DNA of 64,000 nucleotides from Candidatus Woesebacteria bacterium UBA1430 (GCA_002329465.1 DCTW01000004.1:66933-130932), one strand, 5' to 3'; positions 8,896-18,570 are shown, counted from the stretch's first letter. Notes: a model not told the origin generated them from the letters alone. Translations and numbers: made by a program.

Positions 8896-10551
8896 TTAAA
8901 TCTCAATAACAACAGGGAGTATCATTGGTCTTCTTCCGGTCTCACGGAAAAAAAACTGCTCCAAAATTTCAACTGTCTCATTTTTTATCTGTCTTGCATC
9001 CCGTGCCCTTATCAAAGAAAGTTTTTTAGCCAATAATTTCGAAGCGTCGTTAAGAAAATGCTTAGTCTGCTTTTCAAAAACAAACCCGCGGCTTATTATC
9101 TCTGGGTTTGCAAAAAGTTTCTCTCTTGCTTTATCTATCTGAACTATAGCCACCACTATCCCGTCTTGCGAAAGTATCCTTCTGTCGCGAAGCACGACAT
9201 TGCCAACATCGCCAATACCAAGCCCATCAACAAGGACATTTTTCACCCAAACCCGCCTCCCAAGACGCGCTCCGTTCTGGCTAAATTCAATAACATCACC
9301 CGAGAGCAGTTCAAACACATCGCTTTCTTTAGCTCCCATATCAACAGCCAAACGCCTATAAGCTCTCATGTGCCTAATTGTTCCCCCGATCGGTACAAAG
9401 TACTTCGGCTTAGCAATGCCAAAAAGCATTTGAATATCCTGCTGGCTTCCATGTCCGGAAACATGAAGGTCCTCCTGCATATCATAATAATGAACATCAA
9501 CATTAAGCTCAAAAAGCCTATCAACTACAAAGTCCACATTTGCCTTTGATCCAGGAGGAGCAGGATCACCGGAAAATATCACTGTATCACCCTCTTCTAT
9601 TTTCAAAAATTGATGCTCATCCATAGCAGTTCTATATAACGCACTCCCAGGCTGTCCGTAAGACCCGGAAATAACATAAAGCACCTGATCTCTAGCGTAT
9701 TTTCCAATCTCTTTTGGGTTAATCATTAAATCATTAGGATAGTGTAGATAGCCCAAATTCTTTGCGATATCGCTTTTGGCAACCACGGATCTTCCCACCA
9801 TGCAAACTTTTCTATTAAGCCTACCCGCGACATTAATAGCCTGCTGCATCCTTGAAATATTCGATGAAATTGTGGTAAAAAACACTCTCCCATCGGCTTT
9901 TTCAACAATATCCTCAATTCGATCCTCAATCATCCTCTCGCTCTCTGTATATCCGGGGCTAGTCGAACCCAAACAATCCGACGCCAAGCACATTACACCC
10001 TTTGATGAAAGATATGCAGCTTTATTAACATTAAACGGTTTATTATCAACAGGAGTCCAGTCAAATTTATAATCCGATACATGAAGCATATTTCCAACAG
10101 GAGTTTCTATAAAAAAAGCAATAGAATCCGGCACTGAATGAGAAACACGAAAAGAAGTAAGTTTAAAAACTCCAAGCTCTAAAGGAGTATCTTTCTCAGG
10201 ATCAACCTCATTAATTTCGAAATCTTTTATATCATAATCGGCAAACTTATCTTTAATAAATCCCGCAGTTAGCTTCGAAGCGTAGATCGGAGCTTTTACC
10301 TCCCGCAACAAAAAAGGCAAAGCGCCAAAATGGTCCTCATGGCCATGGGTGATAACAATTCCTCTCAATTTTGAAGAATTTTCCTTAATGTAAGAAAAAT
10401 CAGGAATCACCAAATCCACTCCATACATTTCAGGATCCGGAAAACCTACCCCACAATCAATTACAATCATATCGCCGCCATACTCATAAACATAAAAATT
10501 TTCGGTAACGGCAGTAGTCCCCGATAACGCAATAAATTTTAATCTATCCAT
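8896..10551 (-). CDS. rnj: Ribonuclease J (metallo-beta-lactamase / beta-CASP)
   Basis: VITHGHEDHFGALP, SDYKFD, LHVSGHGSQQD; 551 aa. Confidence 0.9.
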   Translation of the reverse strand: MDRLKFIALSGTTAVTENFYVYEYGGDMIVIDCGVGFPDPEMYGVDLVIPDFSYIKENSSKLRGIVITHGHEDHFGALPFLLREVKAPIYASKLTAGFIKDKFADYDIKDFEINEVDPEKDTPLELGVFKLTSFRVSHSVPDSIAFFIETPVGNMLHVSDYKFDWTPVDNKPFNVNKAAYLSSKGVMCLASDCLGSTSPGYTESERMIEDRIEDIVEKADGRVFFTTISSNISRMQQAINVAGRLNRKVCMVGRSVVAKSDIAKNLGYLHYPNDLMINPKEIGKYARDQVLYVISGSYGQPGSALYRTAMDEHQFLKIEEGDTVIFSGDPAPPGSKANVDFVVDRLFELNVDVHYYDMQEDLHVSGHGSQQDIQMLFGIAKPKYFVPIGGTIRHMRAYRRLAVDMGAKESDVFELLSGDVIEFSQNGARLGRRVWVKNVLVDGLGIGDVGNVVLRDRRILSQDGIVVAIVQIDKAREKLFANPEIISRGFVFEKQTKHFLNDASKLLAKKLSLIRARDARQIKNETVEILEQFFFRETGRRPMILPVVIEI

Positions 10552-10568
10552 TATTCACTTTCACTCCT

Positions 10569-11609
10569 TCACCAGGTAGGTAAATATTCTTTTACATTAT
10601 CCTTGGTAATTTTAAACTTTTCACCCTTTCCTTCTACTATCATTCTGGCAATTTTTCTAACCATTCCCTTAATTGTCCTCTCAAGAGTTCTTATACCCGC
10701 ATCGTACCCTAAAGGCCTCACAAACTGTGACCAAACAACGTCATCTATCTCAATAACGTCAGTAGAAATACCGGATTCTGAAAGAGCTTTTGGCAAAATG
10801 TAATCGCGCCCGATTACTATTTTTTCCTCATCCGTATAAGAGGGCATTTGTATTGGCTCAATTCTATCCATAACAGCAGTAGCAATATTTGTCGTATTAT
10901 TGGCAGTGGCAATAAATATCGCCTCACTCAAATCAAAAGGATAGTCAATATAGTGATCCGTAAAAGCGTTATTTTGCTCGGGATCCAAAAGTTCCACCAA
11001 AACTCCCATTATCGAAGCCCTGCCTTCATCTGTTACTCTATCAATCTCATCAAGAAGAATAACACAATTTTTGCTCTGGGTAGATCTCAGTGATTTTATT
11101 ATCTTTCCAGGCTCAGCCTCGGGATGAAGCTTCGACTGACCCCTCAAGTCAAGGGGGTCTCCCATACCGCCAAAAGGAATTCGCGCGATTTTCCTCCCCA
11201 AAGCTTCTGCCACCGAATAAGCAAAAGTTGTCTTTCCTGTTCCCACAAGACCTACAAAACAAAGGATCGGAGCACGAGCAATATTTTGCCCGCTTTCCTC
11301 TTTTAATTTCATAACAGCCAAGTATTCAAGTACGCGGTCTTTAAGCTGGTTTAAACCATAATGGTTCTTATTCATAATCTCAGAAGCATGGGGTAAATCT
11401 AGTGAATCCTCGGTTTTCTTATTCCAAGGAAGATCTGTAATCCAATCAACATATCTGTTAAGTCTGTCTAGCTCCGGCAAAAAGGTAGGAGACTGCGTTA
11501 ATTTAGCCAACTGCTCAAGCCTTGCCAAAACACTCTCGGCTAAATCCTCAGGGATATTACCCGCCTTTATTTTTTCTTCCAATGAAGTAATTAGCTCGTT
11601 TCCTTCCAC
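10569..11609 (-). CDS. Lon-type AAA+ ATPase module without LON N-domain or protease domain
   Basis: NHYGLNQLKDRVLEYLAV, Walker A GLVGTGKTT, Walker B ILLDEID, LLDPEQNNAFTDHY, IATANN...MDRIEPI, GIRTLER. These match the Lon A-type ATPase core. The ORF ends at 346 aa and the next gene is rnj. GTG start. Confidence 0.8.
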   Translation of the reverse strand: MEGNELITSLEEKIKAGNIPEDLAESVLARLEQLAKLTQSPTFLPELDRLNRYVDWITDLPWNKKTEDSLDLPHASEIMNKNHYGLNQLKDRVLEYLAVMKLKEESGQNIARAPILCFVGLVGTGKTTFAYSVAEALGRKIARIPFGGMGDPLDLRGQSKLHPEAEPGKIIKSLRSTQSKNCVILLDEIDRVTDEGRASIMGVLVELLDPEQNNAFTDHYIDYPFDLSEAIFIATANNTTNIATAVMDRIEPIQMPSYTDEEKIVIGRDYILPKALSESGISTDVIEIDDVVWSQFVRPLGYDAGIRTLERTIKGMVRKIARMIVEGKGEKFKITKDNVKEYLPTW

Positions 11610-11629
11610 ACTTTTAATATAACACTCTC

Positions 11630-13873
11630 TTAACGTCTAAAGCCACCTTTTTTATTATCAGAAGAAACTAGTCTACTTGCTGGAAAATGAGGACCGGATC
11701 TTTGTGTCGATTTTCCCCCGCTTCTTCTGTTTCTGCCCAGATTTCGTCTGTCAAAACCCCTGTCGTTTCTATTACCCCGTGAATTATTGTTTTTTTCTTT
11801 TGAAGGATCAAGTATCATCGAAAGATTAATTCGTCCCATGTCATCAATTTCTTTTACCCGAACGTCCACTTTATCATTTACATCTACAAGATCCGACGGT
11901 TCTTTCACAAATTCTGTTGACATATCGCCAATGCGTACAAGCCCTTCCTTGCTAGGCAATATTTCCACAAACACGCCAAAAGGCTGTATTCTTCTCACTG
12001 TACCGCTGTATATCTCGCCAATAACAACATCCTTCGTCAATCCCTCAATTTTTTCCAAAGCACTGTTAACTGATTCATCAGTCATGCCGGTTATGTTTAC
12101 AGTCCCATCGTCCTCTACCTCAACCTCCGCTCCCGTATCGGCAATTATCTTTTTAATAACCCTTCCTCCTGGCCCTATTACTTCGCCTATTTTCTCCACA
12201 TCAATCTTCAAAATTTTAATTTTTGGAGCATATGTAGAAACCTTTGCTCTTGGTTCCGAAATAGTTTTAAGCATAGACTCTAAAATATAAGCTCTTCCCT
12301 GTTTTGCCTGCTCCATTGCTTTAGATAATATCGGCAGAGTTAAATTAAGCGTCTTCACATCTAGCTGTAAAGCGGTAACCCCATTCTTAGTACCGGCAAC
12401 CTTAAAATCCATATCACCATTAAAGTCCTCAATCCCGGCAATATCGGAGACTACCGAGTATTCCTTCTCGTTATTTATCACAAGACCCATAGCTATCCCT
12501 GAAACCGGCGATTTAATAGGTACTCCCGCATCCATAAGAGACAAGGTAGATCCGCACACCGAAGCCATCGAAGTAGATCCGTTCGAGCTTAAAACCTCGG
12601 ACACAACACGTATGGCATAAGGAAACTCAGCCTCGAGCGGAAGAACAGGCTCCAATGCGCGCTCGGCCAAAGCCCCATGACCGATTTCTCGTCTTGACGG
12701 AGAACCGATTCTACCGGTTTCACCGGTCGAATAAGGAGGCATTGAATAGTGATGTATGTAACGCTTCTCCTCTTCACCCTCCGCAGATTCAATAAGTTGC
12801 CCCAAAGAAGGTGAACCCAAAGTGGTCACAGTCAGAACCTGTGTCATTCCTCTTGTAAAAACAGCAGACCCATGTGTCCTAGGAAGCACACCAACCTCGG
12901 AAGATAGCTTTCTAATTTCATTCAGTTTCCGTCCGTCTGGTCTTTTACCTGATAAAATCATTTCCCTTACTCTCCGCTTCACCAATAAATCAAGGGTTTC
13001 AGCAGCTTCTTTTTTATTCTCTTCACCAACAGACTCAAAAACCGCTTCTCGAAGATCCAAAAAATCGGCAAATCCACCCTCCTTTGAAGACATTCTCAAA
13101 ATCAAAGAGTCAAGATCCTTCTCAACAATTTTCTTAATCTGATTCTCTAAAGAAGCGTTATGAGACGTTTTTTCGACCTTTTCTTTCTTATTTCCTACCG
13201 CTTTTGCAAATTCTTCGATAAAATCAATTATGTGAACTAGTTCTTTTTGTGCAAACTCAATTCCACCCAAAATGTCCTTTTCAGTTACTTCATTCGCACC
13301 GGCTTCAATCATAACTACTGAATCTCGCGTCGTCGCAACTACCAAGTCCATATCCGAATAAGCCCTTTCCGATTCACGCGGGTTCAAAAAATAAGCTTTG
13401 TCCTTTACTCCAACGGAAACAACTCCCACAGGTCCCATCCAATAAAGCTTCGATGCCGCCAAAGCGGCTGAAACAGCAATAGAAGCAGGATAAATTGGAT
13501 CATTCTCCAAATCAACCGACAAAACAGTAACGGTAATTTGTACATCCTTTTTGTAATCCTTTGGGAATAACGGCCTTATAGATCTATCAATAAGCCTTCC
13601 TTTTAAAACTTCGTCATCTGAAGGACGACCCTCCCTTTTTACCCACCTGCTACCCTTTATACGACCACCCGCATAAAGCCTCTCCTGATACTCAACGCTC
13701 AACGGAAAATAGCCACGGTCTTCAAACAAATCCGAACTAGCAACAGTCACAAGCACCACCGTTTCACCATACTGAGCAAGAACACTACAATCCGCCTGTC
13801 CGGCTAAATTTCCAGTAGAAAGAGTTAATTTTCTCTCCCCCAATTCAATTGTCTTCTCTATTTTTTTACCCAT
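11630..13873 (-). CDS. pnp: Polyribonucleotide nucleotidyltransferase (PNPase) with Arg/Gly-rich C-terminal tail
   Basis: Two RNase PH domains (PLSVEYQERLYAGGRIKG; REIGHGALAERAL), KH (IGPGGRVIKKI) and S1 (GTVRRIQPFGVFVEI). Starts directly after the rpsO stop. Confidence 0.95.
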   Translation of the reverse strand: MGKKIEKTIELGERKLTLSTGNLAGQADCSVLAQYGETVVLVTVASSDLFEDRGYFPLSVEYQERLYAGGRIKGSRWVKREGRPSDDEVLKGRLIDRSIRPLFPKDYKKDVQITVTVLSVDLENDPIYPASIAVSAALAASKLYWMGPVGVVSVGVKDKAYFLNPRESERAYSDMDLVVATTRDSVVMIEAGANEVTEKDILGGIEFAQKELVHIIDFIEEFAKAVGNKKEKVEKTSHNASLENQIKKIVEKDLDSLILRMSSKEGGFADFLDLREAVFESVGEENKKEAAETLDLLVKRRVREMILSGKRPDGRKLNEIRKLSSEVGVLPRTHGSAVFTRGMTQVLTVTTLGSPSLGQLIESAEGEEEKRYIHHYSMPPYSTGETGRIGSPSRREIGHGALAERALEPVLPLEAEFPYAIRVVSEVLSSNGSTSMASVCGSTLSLMDAGVPIKSPVSGIAMGLVINNEKEYSVVSDIAGIEDFNGDMDFKVAGTKNGVTALQLDVKTLNLTLPILSKAMEQAKQGRAYILESMLKTISEPRAKVSTYAPKIKILKIDVEKIGEVIGPGGRVIKKIIADTGAEVEVEDDGTVNITGMTDESVNSALEKIEGLTKDVVIGEIYSGTVRRIQPFGVFVEILPSKEGLVRIGDMSTEFVKEPSDLVDVNDKVDVRVKEIDDMGRINLSMILDPSKEKNNNSRGNRNDRGFDRRNLGRNRRSGGKSTQRSGPHFPASRLVSSDNKKGGFRR

Positions 13874-14140
13874 TTACTTCAAACCCAAAATTTTCTTAAG
13901 ATCAACAAAGCGCTTTTCGTCGCGCTTTTGAAGATAGCTCAAAAGCCTCCTTCTCTTTGCAACCATGCTTAAAAGTCCCCGCCTTGAGTGAACATCTTTC
14001 TTGTGTAGCTTAAGATGTTCGGAAAGTTTATTAATTTTCTCTGTCAACAAGGCTATCTGTACTTCAGGAGATCCAGTATCCCCTTTCTCTCTTGCGTACT
14101 TTTTAATTATGGTCTGTTTTTCTTTAGTAGTTAATGCCAT
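13874..14140 (-). CDS. rpsO: 30S ribosomal protein S15
   Basis: [51 protein letters not shown]; 88 aa. Confidence 0.95.
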   Translation of the reverse strand: MALTTKEKQTIIKKYAREKGDTGSPEVQIALLTEKINKLSEHLKLHKKDVHSRRGLLSMVAKRRRLLSYLQKRDEKRFVDLKKILGLK

Positions 14141-14201
14141 ATTGTCATGCCAAGCCGAGATGAGGTTTTATACCACCTCCCAGTCATGCATCGCGAAACT
14201 T

Positions 14202-14229
14202 ATAATAGCATACAAAAAAGTCTTGTCAA
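14202..14229 (-). promoter_or_regulatory. Sigma70-like promoter for rpsO-pnp (TTGACA-16 nt-TATTAT), followed by a ~60-nt leader
   Basis: Read on the minus strand: TTGACA (14229..14224) and TATTAT (14207..14202). The leader holds a GAGGT-N8-ACCTC hairpin and a duplicated GCATGAC. Confidence 0.5.
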
Positions 14230-14248
14230 ACACAAATTTTTTCGCCTT

Positions 14249-15109
14249 TTAAGAAATATTTTTAGTTCCTTTATAAATCTTTGGAGTTTGCATCCACTCG
14301 GAAGGTGGATTTGTACTCTCAACTTGAGGTTTCTCCATAGAAAAAGCACTCCTTAAATCAGCCGGGTTAAACCTCATTTGCTGCCTTGCAGGCTCGTTTG
14401 TTGAAGGAATTCTGCCCCCGGCACCAAAAAGCTCCCCGCTGATTTTAAAAGTATCAACACCAACTCTGGAACTTGTAAAGTTCTTGCTTCCGCTATAAAT
14501 CCCTGTCAACAAATTTGAAGCAATATCGGAATCAAATTCTGTAAATTCTTTAATATAAAAGGCGACAAGCTCCGATACAGATGAAGAATGCCTGGCAAAA
14601 GAAATTATCTCTAAAGAGGAAGGTAGAGAAATTTCAGTCACTCCAATATGTACAATTTTTACACCCTCAAACTCGCTGGAAGTTATTTGTGGAAAATCTT
14701 TCTGATTTGTCCCACCTATCAAAATAACAAGCTGAGAAGACACACCCGAATACGAAATTTTCAAATTCTCATCAAGCGGCGGATCATAATTCTCTTTCGT
14801 AACTACGGTTAACTTAAACAAACCATCATCACTATCGGCTGAAACACGCTCTATTGCCGTAGCATCATAGTTTTCAAAACTAATCACCAAATTTTTGTTC
14901 CCGTAACTTTCCCTAATCTTATCAACGCCGACAAGCCTATTAAAAGCAACCGTCATAGGGCTTGGGCAAGATATATTAACTTCGTGTTCCTTTTTAAGGG
15001 CTAAAAAAAGCGATAGCCCCGAGGCAACAAAATCAAGCTGCGGATTCTGGGGTAATAGTATCAGCGCTGATTTATAATTTTTAATAAAATTACCAAACGA
15101 ATTTTCCAT
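14249..15109 (-). CDS. Degenerate DHH-family (NrnA-like) domain protein, probably catalytically inactive
   Basis: ALILLPQNPQLDFVASGLSLFLAL aligns to DHH motif I (H-x-N-P-D-G-D-A-x-G-S), with His and the first Asp lost. No DHH triad. DIASNLLTGIYSGSKNF aligns to the GI-x-TDT-x-F motif, with the Asp lost. Its position after infB matches the actinobacterial infB-rbfA-DHH order. Confidence 0.5.
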   Translation of the reverse strand: MENSFGNFIKNYKSALILLPQNPQLDFVASGLSLFLALKKEHEVNISCPSPMTVAFNRLVGVDKIRESYGNKNLVISFENYDATAIERVSADSDDGLFKLTVVTKENYDPPLDENLKISYSGVSSQLVILIGGTNQKDFPQITSSEFEGVKIVHIGVTEISLPSSLEIISFARHSSSVSELVAFYIKEFTEFDSDIASNLLTGIYSGSKNFTSSRVGVDTFKISGELFGAGGRIPSTNEPARQQMRFNPADLRSAFSMEKPQVESTNPPSEWMQTPKIYKGTKNIS

Positions 15110-15121
15110 ACTACTATCGGA

Positions 15122-16519
15122 TTAAAATCCTAATGATACTATCACATCTCCCCTATCAAAATCAAGCTGTGGAACAAATATTAATCCACACTCCTCACCC
15201 GCAGAAACCACTTTCACCTCAACTTTTTGTTTTCTCATAGAAATAATCTTGGCAACACCAATCTGTTTTCCACCCTCTAAAATTTTGACGGTATCACCCA
15301 AAGCAATTTTTCCCTCCTTAACTTTAATTCCGGCAACCTTTTTATTTTCATAAGGAAAAACCTGAAGAACTTCACCCTTTCCCAAAATTTTCTTTTTTTT
15401 AGAATCAACAATCTCAGCAAGTCTCTTAATAAGCTCATAAATTATCTCAAAGCTCTCAATCTTAACGCCTTCTGTTTCAGCTAGCTTCTTTACCAAAGAA
15501 CCTAACTTTACATCAAAAGTGAATATCATTGCCCCAGCGGCTTTAGCAAAAAAAATATCGGCATCATTAATCTCACCCACATCGGCACGGATAACTATCA
15601 CATCCTCGGGCAAACTTCCCAATACTGCTTCAAGGCACCCTGCACTACTGGCTTTAATCACCACTGCTATTTGCTCCTCTTTAGCTTTAGCAACGACATT
15701 GCCGCTTAAATTATCTACATTCTTCTCCCTTTCGCCGATCAAATCATCTTTTTTAATTTCGCTTCCCACACTTGGTGAAACAGAAAAACCCATTATCGCA
15801 ACAGGATCAGACGGACCAGCCCTTTCAACCGCCTTATTTCCCTCATCAAAAAGTCCTCTCACCCTAGCTTGTATGCCCCCGGATTCAATATCATCCCCTC
15901 TTCTTAAAGTACCGTTTCTAATAACACCGAAAACCAAAAGGCCGCGCTTATCCTTTCTGGTCTCTATAACAACGCCCTCGAGCTCACCATCGGGATCTCC
16001 TTTAATTTCATTTACTTGCGCAAACAAATTAATAAGTTCCAAAAGATCCTCAATACCCTCTTGCCTTTTAGCTGAAACAGAAATATAAGGAGTATCTCCG
16101 CCTCGCCCCTCAAAAAATACTCCCAACGCCTCAAGTTCACCCAAAGATTTTTCAATATTGCTTGTAGGTAAATCAGTCTTTGTAAATACAACCATAAAAG
16201 GCGTTTTTGACTCTTTAATATAACTTAAAGCTTCTTGCGTTTGAGGTTTAACTCCGTCATCTGATGCCACGACCAAAAGAGCAATATCGGCAATCTTCGC
16301 ACCCCGTTGCCTCATCTCGGAAAAAGCGGCGTGCCCGGGAGTATCTATAAATACTACCTCACCCTGCTTAGTATTAACCTTTGAAGCTCCTATGCCCTGA
16401 GTTATTCCTCCAGCTTCCCGATTGGCCACATTTGTCTTTCTGATAGCATCAAGAAGCGTAGTCTTTCCATGATCCACATGGCCCAAAACAGTTACAATCG
16501 GGTTTCTCGTCTTTAACAT
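15122..16519 (-). CDS. infB: Translation initiation factor IF-2, short form starting at the G domain
   Basis: IVTVLGHVDHGKTTLLD, DTPGH, TKTD; 465 aa with no N-terminal extension. Confidence 0.93.
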   Translation of the reverse strand: MLKTRNPIVTVLGHVDHGKTTLLDAIRKTNVANREAGGITQGIGASKVNTKQGEVVFIDTPGHAAFSEMRQRGAKIADIALLVVASDDGVKPQTQEALSYIKESKTPFMVVFTKTDLPTSNIEKSLGELEALGVFFEGRGGDTPYISVSAKRQEGIEDLLELINLFAQVNEIKGDPDGELEGVVIETRKDKRGLLVFGVIRNGTLRRGDDIESGGIQARVRGLFDEGNKAVERAGPSDPVAIMGFSVSPSVGSEIKKDDLIGEREKNVDNLSGNVVAKAKEEQIAVVIKASSAGCLEAVLGSLPEDVIVIRADVGEINDADIFFAKAAGAMIFTFDVKLGSLVKKLAETEGVKIESFEIIYELIKRLAEIVDSKKKKILGKGEVLQVFPYENKKVAGIKVKEGKIALGDTVKILEGGKQIGVAKIISMRKQKVEVKVVSAGEECGLIFVPQLDFDRGDVIVSLGF

Positions 16520-16545
16520 AATTATTCGCCTTTCTAAGCCCCATG

Positions 16546-17562
16546 CTAATCCTCTTTTTGAGACTCTTCGCTCTCGTCCGCCTTTTCAACCTCAATTTTG
16601 TAGCCTGTAATCTCAGAGGCAAGCCTTGCATTCTGTCCCTCTCTGCCTATTGCAAGCGAAAGTTCATCTTCGCTTACGCTTACAACAGCAACTTTTGCAT
16701 CTTCATTAATTTTAATAGACAAAATATTTACAGGTGACAAAGAAGCTTTTATAAACTCCTTCTTATCCTCCGTCCAAGCAATAATATCAACTCTTTCGCC
16801 ACCAAGCTCGTTAGTCACAGCTTGAACGCGCACCCCCTTTTGGCCAACGCAAGATCCAACCGGATCAACCCCGGTTTGCGACGAAGAAGCAACAGCAATC
16901 TTTGTTCTTACCCCCGGCTCTCTTGCAATGCCTTTAATCTCAACGCTGCCGGTCGCAATTTCAGGCACCTCCCTCATAAATACTTTTCTCACAAACTCAG
17001 TATCGGCTCTCGATAACAAAACCTGCTTTCCTCTCGGAGTATCCTCTATATCTTTCAAAAGAAAAGTCAACCTCTGTCCTGGATTAAGCCTCTCATTAGG
17101 TATCCTGTCCGAAGCAAGCAAAAGTCCCTCCGTCCTTCCCAAATCCACTCGGACATTCGGCCCATCAAACCTTAAAACAATCCCCGAAATCAAACTTCCT
17201 ATCTTTCCACTAAACTCATCCATAATCGCGCCCTTCTCAGCTTCCCTAATTTTCTGATGAATAACCTGCTTAGCAGTCTGAGCTGCTATCCTTCCAAATC
17301 CCGGTGGAGTAACATCCTTTTTTTCATCAGGCTTATCCTCAGACCAAGCCACAATTCTTGCCTCACCGGTAACAGGATCTATTTCCGCATCATATTCTAA
17401 ATCTTCAACTTCCTCTCCAAGCTCTTTCGCGTCTTTTTTATATGCCGCCACATAAGCCTGCTTTATAGCATCCATAACCACGTCAAGATCAAGCCCGCGC
17501 TCGGTCACTATTGCCTTAAGGGCTTGACTAAACTCTGTCCTTTTTGTCATTTGTCCCGCCAT
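16546..17562 (-). CDS. nusA: Transcription termination/antitermination factor NusA (no AR repeats)
   Basis: S1 domain (GIVLRFDGPNVRVDLG), KH1 (VGSCVGQKGVRVQAVTNELGGERVDII) and KH2 (AIGREGQNARLASEITGYKIEV). Confidence 0.93.
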   Translation of the reverse strand: MAGQMTKRTEFSQALKAIVTERGLDLDVVMDAIKQAYVAAYKKDAKELGEEVEDLEYDAEIDPVTGEARIVAWSEDKPDEKKDVTPPGFGRIAAQTAKQVIHQKIREAEKGAIMDEFSGKIGSLISGIVLRFDGPNVRVDLGRTEGLLLASDRIPNERLNPGQRLTFLLKDIEDTPRGKQVLLSRADTEFVRKVFMREVPEIATGSVEIKGIAREPGVRTKIAVASSSQTGVDPVGSCVGQKGVRVQAVTNELGGERVDIIAWTEDKKEFIKASLSPVNILSIKINEDAKVAVVSVSEDELSLAIGREGQNARLASEITGYKIEVEKADESEESQKED

Positions 17563-17575
17563 ATATCTAATTTTT

Positions 17576-17608
17576 CATTAAAAAATAAGGTGGGCATTTC
17601 ATCCCACC
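17576..17608 (-). terminator. Rho-independent terminator after dnaJ
   Basis: Minus strand: GGTGGG-ATGAAATG-CCCACC hairpin (17608..17589) followed by TTATTTTTTAATG. It ends only about 14 nt upstream of the nusA ATG. Confidence 0.75.
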
Positions 17609-17666
17609 CCAATACTACTTAAACTTACTTATTTTAAGATAACGCCACAATGAAGTCAACAAGTGC

Positions 17667-18533
17667 TCAAAGGCCTTTTCTGCTCAACTGCTCAAGAAGT
17701 CTCCTTTGCTCACGACTCAACTCCTTTGGCACATCAACTATTAACCTTATATACTGATCTCCCCTCCCGCGTCCATGAAGAATAGGTATTCCCTTTCCTC
17801 TAAGTCTCATCATTGTCCCAGACTGAACACCTTTTCTAACTTTTATCTTTATTTCTCCATCTAAAGTAGGCACTAAAATCTCTCCTCCCAAACAAGCAGT
17901 TGAAAAGGGAATAAAAATTTTTACAAAAACATCAGATCCATCTCTTTCAAAAAGGGAATGTGGCTTAACATTAATGGATAAAATAAAATCGTCAAATCTG
18001 ATCCTGCTTCCGTCGTCAACTCCGGCGGGAATCTTAATTTTATGCTTTTTACCTTCAATACTAACCTCCTTCTCTGCACCGGAAACAGCTTCCATAAAAT
18101 CAATGTCTATGCTGTAGCGCGGAATACGAGTAGAACGGGTACCAAAAGGAGATCCGCCGCCAAAAAACTGCTCAAATATTTCAAAAGGGTCACCAAAATC
18201 AAATCCGGAAAAAGGATTCTCTCCTCCCGTGTTCGTCGAATAAGTATATGTAAACGGCCCCCACCTACTCTGAGCAGAACCAAAAGGCTGTCCTCCAGGT
18301 GAAAAAGCCTGATGCCCAAAATTATCATACGCCCTCTTTTTCTCAGGGTCGGATAAAACCTGATAAGCCTCGTTAATTTCCTTAAAACGCTTCTCTGCAG
18401 CCTCCTTATCATCTTTATGTTTATCCGGGTGCCACAAAAGAGCTTGCTTTTTATAAGCAGCCTTTATCTCCCCCGCACTCGCAGACTTATCAATCCCTAA
18501 AATATCGTAATAATCAGCCTTTCCATTAGCCAT
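17667..18533 (-). CDS. dnaJ: J-domain co-chaperone DnaJ/CbpA type (no Cys-rich zinc-finger domain)
   Basis: DYYDILGIDKSAS...AYKKQALLWHPDKH (HPD), a G/F-rich region and two C-terminal beta domains. No CxxCxGxG repeats. Confidence 0.85.
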   Translation of the reverse strand: MANGKADYYDILGIDKSASAGEIKAAYKKQALLWHPDKHKDDKEAAEKRFKEINEAYQVLSDPEKKRAYDNFGHQAFSPGGQPFGSAQSRWGPFTYTYSTNTGGENPFSGFDFGDPFEIFEQFFGGGSPFGTRSTRIPRYSIDIDFMEAVSGAEKEVSIEGKKHKIKIPAGVDDGSRIRFDDFILSINVKPHSLFERDGSDVFVKIFIPFSTACLGGEILVPTLDGEIKIKVRKGVQSGTMMRLRGKGIPILHGRGRGDQYIRLIVDVPKELSREQRRLLEQLSRKGL

Positions 18534-18541
18534 AATTTAAA

Positions 18542-18570
18542 ATTGTATCAAATTCATGCCCACCTGTTAA
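18542..18570 (-). promoter_or_regulatory. Candidate promoter for dnaJ (TTAACA-17 nt-TACAAT), with the ATG 8 nt after the -10 (leaderless geometry)
   Basis: Minus strand: TTAACA (18570..18565), TACAAT (18547..18542), then TTTAAATT and ATG (18533). No Shine-Dalgarno sequence. Confidence 0.45.

Noticed and set aside
9058-16088. Long plus-strand shadow ORFs (9058..9549, 11787..12290, 12822..13142, 15519..16088)
   Set aside because: Each lies antisense within a strongly supported minus-strand gene (rnj, pnp, infB) and has low-complexity Ser/Leu/Ile-rich composition.
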